From: an uncultured Bacilli bacterium
GTDB taxonomy: Bacteria; Bacillota_I; Bacilli_A; RF39; UBA660
Direction: 5' to 3'
NCBI GenBank assembly: GCA_949025205.1
Contig: CARMXJ010000002.1
Coordinates: 48-64,047 of the forward strand
Length of the DNA stretch: 64,000 nt
The position numbers were made by a program, and so were the translations under genes. Shown one piece after another: positions 57,486 through 64,000 of the stretch. The first letter of the stretch is position 1; each line of letters starts with the position of its first letter. Under the pieces are notes generated by a model, which was not told where the DNA came from, did not search any database, and worked only from the letters and a program-made list of their open reading frames with translations.

Positions 57486-60400
57486 ATGAAAAAAGTAATG
57501 GATGCAAATAAAATGTGTTCCAATATCGCGTATTTATTTAGTGAAGTCGCTGCAATATATCCAATAACACCATCAAGTCCTATGGCATCTAATATTGATT
57601 ATTTAAATCATACTGAAAAAAGAAATTTATATAACCAACATGTAAAGTTAATTGAGATGCAAAGTGAAGCAGGAGCATCGGGTGCCATGCATGGGGCCTT
57701 AATTACAGGTTCGCTAGCGACAACATTTACAGCAAGCCAAGGTCTTTTATTGATGCTTCCTAATATGTATAAAATGGCTGGGGAAATGCTTCCTGGAGTC
57801 ATTCATGTTGCAAGCAGGAGTATTGCTACCCATGCTTTATCCATTTTTGGAGACCATAGTGATATCTATGCCGCACGAGCAACTGGTTTTTGTATGCTTG
57901 CTTCAACAAATATAGAGGATGTAAGAGTACTTACCGCTGTAGCTCACCTTGCGGGAGTAAAGGGAAGGCTTCCTTTCTTACACTTTTTTGATGGGTTTAG
58001 AACGAGTCATGAACTTCATACCATAGAAGATATTCCCGATACCGAATTTTTACGTTTAATTAATTACGAAGAAATAAACGACTACAAAAAAAGTATGCTA
58101 AATGTAGACAAACAAATTCAAAAAGGATTGGCTTCCAATGAAGATATTTATTTTCAAACCGTAGAAGCAAGAAATCAAAATTATAACAATATGCCTTCTA
58201 TTGTGGCAGATTTAATGGAAAAAGTAAACCAAATCACGAAAACCAACATAAAACCATTCAATTATTATGGAGATGCGAATGCAGAGAATATTATCGTGGC
58301 TATGGGAAGTGTAGTGGATACCATAAAATTAGTAGTAGAAGAAGAAAACAAAAAAGGAAAAAAACTTGGAGTGATAGAAGTCCATTTATATCGTCCATTT
58401 AGTAAAGACTATTTACTAAAAGTACTTCCAAAAACAATAAAAAGAATCGCTGTACTAGACCGTACCAAAGAAGCAGGTAGCATTGGAGAACCATTATATT
58501 TAGATGTAGTAGCTGCTTTAAAAAATACCGATATACAAATTGTGGGAGGTAGATTCGGACTTTCTAGCAAAAATACAACACCAAGTGATATTTACAGTGT
58601 CTTTAAAATGTTAGCAGGCACTTTACAAGAAAACTTTACAATTGGCATTACAGATGATGTGACAAATTTAAGCCTACCTTCTGTCGATTACAAAATAGAT
58701 TTAGAAACACAAGAAATCCTAATCTATGGATTTGGTAGTGATGGTATGGTAAGTGCTAGCAAAGAAATACTAAAAATTGCTTCTGAAAAATTAGACAAAG
58801 CAGTCGATGGTTATTTTGAATATGACTCTAAAAAAAGTGGTGGAGTTACCGTTAGCAATCTTCGTTTAAAAAAGAAAGAATTTAACGCTCCCTTTTATGT
58901 AACAAATCCAGATTTAGTCATTGTAACCAAAGATGAATACTTTAAAAAGTTTTCAATGCTTGATACGATAAAACCAAACGGTATTCTTCTTATAAATACA
59001 ACAGATGAAAGAGAACTCGATAAGAAAATAAGTTTACACGACAAACAAATTATTAAAGAAAGAAATATTAATCTTTACATTATAAATGCTACAAAATTAG
59101 CAGAGGAAAACCATATCAAAGGAAAAATTAACAAAATTATGGAAGTGTTAATACTAAGTATGTTAAACATAAAAGATGCTGTAAGCCTTGTAGAAGAATC
59201 GATAGACAAAACATTCAAAAATAAAGGAGAAGAAGTAATAGAGAACAACAAAAAGGCATTGCAAAGTGCTTTAAAAAATTTGTATCACCTAAACATAACA
59301 GAGAATGGTTATGAACAAAAAGAAAATAAAACTTTATTTGAAAAAATAAACAGTCGAGAAGGTGGAAACATTCCTGTAAGTGAATTACTATGTGTAAAAG
59401 AAGGTACTTTTGCAGGAGGAACTTCAAAGCTTGAAAAAAGGAAGATTGCAACCTCTGTTGCTAAATGGATTCCAGAAAATTGTATCGAGTGTGGTCGCTG
59501 TAGTTTTGTCTGCCCTCATAGTGTAATTCGTTCCTTTAAAACGGAAGATAAAAGCGTTGGAAAACCTATGCTTGGAAACGATAAATATAATTATTTAGTA
59601 ATCATTAGTGAAGCAGATTGTACAAGTTGTGGTCTGTGTATCAATGTATGTCCTGGAATGAAGGGCAAAAAAGCATTGGAATTTGGTCCATTTGAAGAAG
59701 AAAAACAAAAGGTAAGTGACTATTACTTTAATGAATACCAAAATCCTGAAAGTGAAAAGAAAGATACCGTAAAAGACTTAAGCTTTATTAAACCTTATTT
59801 TGAATTTAGTGGAGCTTGTGCAGGTTGTGGAGAAACTTCTTATATTCGTCTCCTTACCCAACTTTTTGGAAAAAAATTAGTAATAGCCAATGCAACGGGT
59901 TGTTCCAGTATCTATGGAGGAAGCATTCCGTCGACTCCTTACACAATTCCTTGGGCAAACTCTCTATTTGAAGATAACGCCGAATTTGCCTTTGGTATGC
60001 TTACTTCTTACAAACAAAAAAGAGAGCAAATTAAAAACATTATGGAGTCATCTTTAAATGCTGTAAATGAGTCAGTACAAGAAAAATTTAAAACTTGGTT
60101 AGAAAATAAAGAAGATTTTAAAACGACTTATGCACTAAAAGAGAAATTACAAAAGGCAGAAATACCAAAAGACTTACAAGATTTAATCGACTATATTCCT
60201 GCAAGAAGTATATGGGCAATCGGCGGAGATGGCTGGGCTTATGATATTGGTTTTGGAGGTATCGACCATGTGTTATCGAGTGGAGAAAATATTAAAATTT
60301 TGGTTTTGGATACAGAGGTATATTCGAATACTGGTGGTCAAATGTCTAAATCATCTAAAGTAGGGCAAGTAGCAGAATTTGCAGATTTTGGAAAACGAAA

Positions 60401-60842
60401 TGCAAAAAAAGATTTGTTTAAAATTGCCATGAGCTATCCTAATTGTTATGCTGCAAGTATTTGTCTGGGTGGAGATTTTAACCAAACTATAAAAGCATTA
60501 AAAGAAGCAGAAGCACATAATGGTCCTGCTATCGTTATTGCTTATGCGCCATGTGTAGAGCATGGAATAAAAGGAGGAATGTCTTGCACTACCGAAGAGC
60601 AAAAACTAGCATTAGAAGTAGGATATCAACTTTTAATGCGTTATAATCCTTTAGAAGAAAAATTATATTTAGATAGCAAAGAACCAGATTTTGAGCATTA
60701 TGAAGATTTCTTAAATAATGAAACAAGATACCATGCACTAAAAATTAAAGATGAATCTTTAGCTATAGAACTTTTAAAAATAAATAAAGAAAATGCGATG
60801 AAAAGATATCAAGAATATAAAGAAAAAAGTACCAACAATTAG
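57486..60842 (+). CDS. por: pyruvate:ferredoxin (flavodoxin) oxidoreductase, single-polypeptide type
   Basis: 1120 aa with two CxxCxxCxxxCP ferredoxin-like motifs mid-protein and a TPP-binding GDG...N motif near the C-terminus. Confidence 0.95.
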   Translation: MKKVMDANKMCSNIAYLFSEVAAIYPITPSSPMASNIDYLNHTEKRNLYNQHVKLIEMQSEAGASGAMHGALITGSLATTFTASQGLLLMLPNMYKMAGEMLPGVIHVASRSIATHALSIFGDHSDIYAARATGFCMLASTNIEDVRVLTAVAHLAGVKGRLPFLHFFDGFRTSHELHTIEDIPDTEFLRLINYEEINDYKKSMLNVDKQIQKGLASNEDIYFQTVEARNQNYNNMPSIVADLMEKVNQITKTNIKPFNYYGDANAENIIVAMGSVVDTIKLVVEEENKKGKKLGVIEVHLYRPFSKDYLLKVLPKTIKRIAVLDRTKEAGSIGEPLYLDVVAALKNTDIQIVGGRFGLSSKNTTPSDIYSVFKMLAGTLQENFTIGITDDVTNLSLPSVDYKIDLETQEILIYGFGSDGMVSASKEILKIASEKLDKAVDGYFEYDSKKSGGVTVSNLRLKKKEFNAPFYVTNPDLVIVTKDEYFKKFSMLDTIKPNGILLINTTDERELDKKISLHDKQIIKERNINLYIINATKLAEENHIKGKINKIMEVLILSMLNIKDAVSLVEESIDKTFKNKGEEVIENNKKALQSALKNLYHLNITENGYEQKENKTLFEKINSREGGNIPVSELLCVKEGTFAGGTSKLEKRKIATSVAKWIPENCIECGRCSFVCPHSVIRSFKTEDKSVGKPMLGNDKYNYLVIISEADCTSCGLCINVCPGMKGKKALEFGPFEEEKQKVSDYYFNEYQNPESEKKDTVKDLSFIKPYFEFSGACAGCGETSYIRLLTQLFGKKLVIANATGCSSIYGGSIPSTPYTIPWANSLFEDNAEFAFGMLTSYKQKREQIKNIMESSLNAVNESVQEKFKTWLENKEDFKTTYALKEKLQKAEIPKDLQDLIDYIPARSIWAIGGDGWAYDIGFGGIDHVLSSGENIKILVLDTEVYSNTGGQMSKSSKVGQVAEFADFGKRNAKKDLFKIAMSYPNCYAASICLGGDFNQTIKALKEAEAHNGPAIVIAYAPCVEHGIKGGMSCTTEEQKLALEVGYQLLMRYNPLEEKLYLDSKEPDFEHYEDFLNNETRYHALKIKDESLAIELLKINKENAMKRYQEYKEKSTNN

Positions 60843-61149
60843 AGTGTTAGTACTTTTTAAATTCCACAAATTTGAAGCTGCCCCCTGAAGACAGCTTCTA
60901 AAAGAATAAAAAGGGGTTGACTAGTGTGATACTAGCACCAATTCGCCTTCTCAAGTGAATTGGTGATTTATATCCTAATGGAAAAGGTCATTTTTGTCAA
61001 CACTTTTTTAACAAAAAATTAAAATTTTTTTTATTTGCTATTTTTTGCAGAGTTAAAGTTTAAATTTATAGACTTTGCTATCTACAAAACTATACATACG
61101 TTCTCCTATTTGCTATAATAAAATTACATAGAGGATAAAGGAGAATAGT

Positions 61150-63132
61150 ATGGAACTAAAAGACATAAAAGGTTTAGGACCCAAAAGTATAGAGTTATTA
61201 AACAAATTAAATATCTATAAGGTAGAAGATTTAGTTACTTATTATCCTTATCGTTACAATATTTATAAACCAATGAATTTAAAGGATTGCAAAACAGATG
61301 ACACCATAACCATTAATGCCGTTATTGAATCTACTCCCAAGCTTTCTTATATCAGAAGAAATTTTAATCGACTTTCTTTTAAAGCACTTGCAAGTAACTT
61401 ACTTATCAACGTTACGATTTTTAATCGTGCTTTTCTTTATAAAAATTTGGATGTAGGAAAAAAGATTTTGTTAATTGGAAAATACAACAACCAAAAAAAT
61501 GCTTTCGTTGCAAGTGACATGAAATTAACACCTCTTTATGAAACAAAAGTAGAGCCCGTTTATCACATTATAAAAGGACTGAAAAATAATAATATAACTT
61601 CGTATATAAGAAGTGCTTTGGAGCTACAAAAAGATTGCATCGATTATATTCCTGAAGAGTTTTTAGAAAAATATAAATTTTTAGACAAACAAAAAGCAAT
61701 AGAAATTATCCACAATCCAAAAGATATGCAACTTCTAAAACAAGCAAAATTACGCCTTATTTATGAAGAGTTTTTTATCTTTATGTTAAAAATAAACTTT
61801 TTAAAAATGAAAAACGATAAAGTATTAGGGTTAAAAAAAGAGTTTAAAGAAGAGCAAGTGGATGCATTTATTAAAAGTCTACCATTTGCATTAACGCTTG
61901 ACCAACAAACAGCGGTTGAAGACTCTTTAAATGATTTAAAAAGCAACAAGAGAATGAATCGTTTGATACAAGGAGATGTAGGAAGTGGGAAAACCATAGT
62001 AGCCACCATTGTTATGTATGCCAATACGCTAAGCGGTTACCAAAGTGCTTTAATGGCTCCAACAGAAATATTAGCAACCCAACACTACGAAACCATAAAA
62101 AATGTAATGCAGAACTTTTTCATTTCAGTTGCTTTACTAGTAGGAAGTGTGAAAAAGAAAGAACGTGAACAAATTCTTGACAGATTAAAACAAGGAGAGA
62201 TTGACATTATAATCGGGACACATGCATTAATTAGTGAGAATGTTACTTTTAAAAACCTAGGTTTGGTCATAACAGATGAACAACACCGTTTTGGCGTAAG
62301 CCAACGTGGTAATTTACAAAATAAAGGTGTAAAACCAGATATTATTTACATGAGTGCAACCCCTATTCCCAGAACCTATGCTCTAACCATTTACCAAGAC
62401 ATGGCAACAAGTATTATCAAAACCAAACCAAATGGTCGAAAAGAAATTAAGACTTATGTGAAAAATGAAAGCGAATTAAAAGAAGTATTAAAAAACGTAC
62501 TAGAAGAAATAAAAAAAGGACACCAAGTGTATGTAGTAGCTCCTTCTATAACAGAAAGAGAAGAGCAAAATATTCACGATGTCGAAAATTTAAAGAAAAG
62601 TTTTGACAAAGCTTATCTTGGAAAAATTCCAACTGCCATTTTACATGGCAAGATAAAACAAAAAGAAAAAGAAGAAATTATGAACAAATTTAAAGAAGGG
62701 GAAATTAAGATTTTAATAGCGACCACCGTTATAGAAGTAGGAGTAGATGTTAAAAATGCTACCACAATGGTTATCTTTAATGCAGAATTTTTTGGATTAG
62801 CAACCCTTCATCAATTAAGGGGAAGAGTCGGAAGAAATGATTTAGATTCTTATTGTTACTTAATCAGCAACCATGATACAGAAAGATTAAAAGTATTAGA
62901 AGAAAGCAACGATGGTTTTTATATTAGTGAACAAGACTTTTTAATGCGTCATGCCGGAGACATATTTGGCACTAAACAAAGTGGAGATATGGTCTTTAAA
63001 ATTGCAGACTTAAAAAAAGATTTTAAAATACTACTTCAAACAAAAAAAGACAGTGAAGAGTTTTTAAAATCAAAAGCTTTGAAACAAGAAAAGTATTTGC
63101 ATATCTTAAAAGAAATAACAAATATTGATTAA
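61150..63132 (+). CDS. recG: ATP-dependent DNA helicase RecG
   Basis: Wedge/OB N-terminal domain, Walker A GDVGSGKT, DEQHRFG, and helicase motifs; 660 aa. Confidence 0.9.
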   Translation: MELKDIKGLGPKSIELLNKLNIYKVEDLVTYYPYRYNIYKPMNLKDCKTDDTITINAVIESTPKLSYIRRNFNRLSFKALASNLLINVTIFNRAFLYKNLDVGKKILLIGKYNNQKNAFVASDMKLTPLYETKVEPVYHIIKGLKNNNITSYIRSALELQKDCIDYIPEEFLEKYKFLDKQKAIEIIHNPKDMQLLKQAKLRLIYEEFFIFMLKINFLKMKNDKVLGLKKEFKEEQVDAFIKSLPFALTLDQQTAVEDSLNDLKSNKRMNRLIQGDVGSGKTIVATIVMYANTLSGYQSALMAPTEILATQHYETIKNVMQNFFISVALLVGSVKKKEREQILDRLKQGEIDIIIGTHALISENVTFKNLGLVITDEQHRFGVSQRGNLQNKGVKPDIIYMSATPIPRTYALTIYQDMATSIIKTKPNGRKEIKTYVKNESELKEVLKNVLEEIKKGHQVYVVAPSITEREEQNIHDVENLKKSFDKAYLGKIPTAILHGKIKQKEKEEIMNKFKEGEIKILIATTVIEVGVDVKNATTMVIFNAEFFGLATLHQLRGRVGRNDLDSYCYLISNHDTERLKVLEESNDGFYISEQDFLMRHAGDIFGTKQSGDMVFKIADLKKDFKILLQTKKDSEEFLKSKALKQEKYLHILKEITNID

Positions 63133-63170
63133 AAAAGAAATATTCCATATAATGAAAATAGGAGGAGTAT

Positions 63171-63788
63171 ATGAACAGAATAGAAATAAAGGAAAAAGCA
63201 AAAGAAATAGTAAAAGAAAAATGGAAAAGTTTTTGGGGTGGCTATCTTGTTATTTTAGCTATATCATTACTATGTGGAGTAGCAATAGAAATTTTATTTA
63301 ACAAAAACTCTATTATGTATAGTGTCCTTACCCTAGTTGTTTCCTTTTTTACGATGACATTAACAGTAGGATTTTACTCGTTTGTCTTAAAAATGGTTCG
63401 TGGAGAAGAATACAGTAGAGAAGATATTTTTAAATACATTGGAGCTGTTTTACCTATTGCAACTATTAGTATTTTAGTATTCTTATTTACCTTTTTATGG
63501 AGCATCTTACTTATTATTCCTGGAATCATTGCAGCTCTTGGGTATACAATGGCTTATTTGATTTATGTGGACAGTGAAGAAATGCTTCCAATGGAATACT
63601 TAAACAAAAGCAAAGAAATGATGCGAGGCTATAAATGGAATTACTTTGTATTTAATTTAAGTTTCATTGGTTGGATTATATTTTCAGTTATTACTCTTGG
63701 ATTAGGTCTTATTTTTGTAATTCCTTATGTCACAGTAGCAAACACATTGTATTATGATGAATTAAAAAAATTAAGAGAAAAAGAATAA
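63171..63788 (+). CDS. DUF975-family integral membrane protein
   Basis: 205 aa with about 5 TM helices and the typical DUF975 size and topology. Confidence 0.5.
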   Translation: MNRIEIKEKAKEIVKEKWKSFWGGYLVILAISLLCGVAIEILFNKNSIMYSVLTLVVSFFTMTLTVGFYSFVLKMVRGEEYSREDIFKYIGAVLPIATISILVFLFTFLWSILLIIPGIIAALGYTMAYLIYVDSEEMLPMEYLNKSKEMMRGYKWNYFVFNLSFIGWIIFSVITLGLGLIFVIPYVTVANTLYYDELKKLREKE

Positions 63789-63849
63789 TTGTCTAAATTT
63801 AAAAAATTAAGTTGATTTTGTTTGACCATAATGGAAATAGGTTCAGGCC

Positions 63850-63865
63850 ACGTACTTCAGTACGT
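63850..63865 (+). repeat. perfect palindrome ACGTACTTCAGTACGT, candidate IS200/IS605 left-end subterminal hairpin
   Basis: 6-bp stem acgtac/gtacgt with loop ttca, located about 80 nt upstream of the tnpA-like start. Confidence 0.45.
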
Positions 63866-63945
63866 AAATTCTTAAAGAATTTAGAGACAATTTATTGTCG
63901 TCTTCCAAAAAAGGATATATAATAAACAGCCAAGAAGGCGATAAA

Positions 63946-64000
63946 AATGAGGAAATTAAGTCATGTACAATACGATATAGAGTATCATGTGGTATGGACA
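63946..64000 (+). CDS. tnpA: IS200/IS605-family Y1 transposase TnpA, 3'-truncated by the window end
   Basis: The translation MRKLSHVQYDIEYHVVWT contains the HuH/YH-V-W-T N-terminal signature of IS200 TnpA. Confidence 0.55.

Overview
This is a low-GC (~30%) Firmicutes-type chromosomal window, and most genes are on the + strand. The housekeeping content has high-confidence calls. Some fall in metabolism and housekeeping (RluB-type pseudouridine synthase 3' end, pyruvate kinase, alanine racemase, AsnB-type amidotransferase, Xfp phosphoketolase, single-chain PFOR, RecG, a CDF transporter, cold-shock protein). Others form the rimP-nusA-ylxR-infB-rbfA-truB translation operon, which here carries an inserted DHH phosphoesterase and a standalone RpoA-CTD-like gene. 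Two tRNA clusters are present: Phe-Asp-fMet-Ser on the - strand with Leu on the + strand, and Val-Thr-Tyr-Gln-Lys on the + strand. A further tRNA-Arg/tRNA-Pro pair lies inside the accessory stretch. A block of B. subtilis yun/yut-like genes (YunB, YutD, CotS/YutH-like, NifU-like) suggests a spore-forming lineage. Between the tRNA cluster and the Rpn pseudogene lies an accessory-looking stretch (about 20.1-30.0 kb) with orphan hypotheticals, an XRE regulator, an M23 peptidase, a frameshifted gene and a degenerate Rpn-family nuclease pseudogene. The most striking region is about 30.4-45.9 kb. An AgrC-like histidine kinase and LytTR response regulator sit upstream of a 12-kb, seven-gene, co-directional cluster. 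That cluster encodes a lipoprotein with 100%-identical 270-bp tandem repeats of 4-Cys modules. It also encodes two paralogous SipW-type (ER/archaeal-type) signal peptidases with charged C-terminal tails, each followed by a secreted protein carrying a TasA/camelysin-like SipW-cognate N-terminus. A 1278-aa membrane-anchored Big_2/cadherin-like repeat protein and an 867-aa secreted acidic-tailed protein complete the cluster. I read this as a candidate, probably undescribed, duplicated SipW-dependent surface-fibre/adhesin (biofilm matrix) assembly locus. Other observations are a sortase B with a roughly 280-aa Lys/Asn-rich N-terminal extension next to a beta-helix surface protein with a noncanonical sorting signal, and an alr/ATP-grasp/asnB cassette that may act in peptidoglycan cross-bridge chemistry. 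There are also two conserved regulatory DNA motifs shared between distant loci, a Cys/His-rich acidic tail on a ferredoxin, and the 5' end of an IS200/IS605 element at the window edge. No CRISPR array, rRNA or phage structural module was seen.
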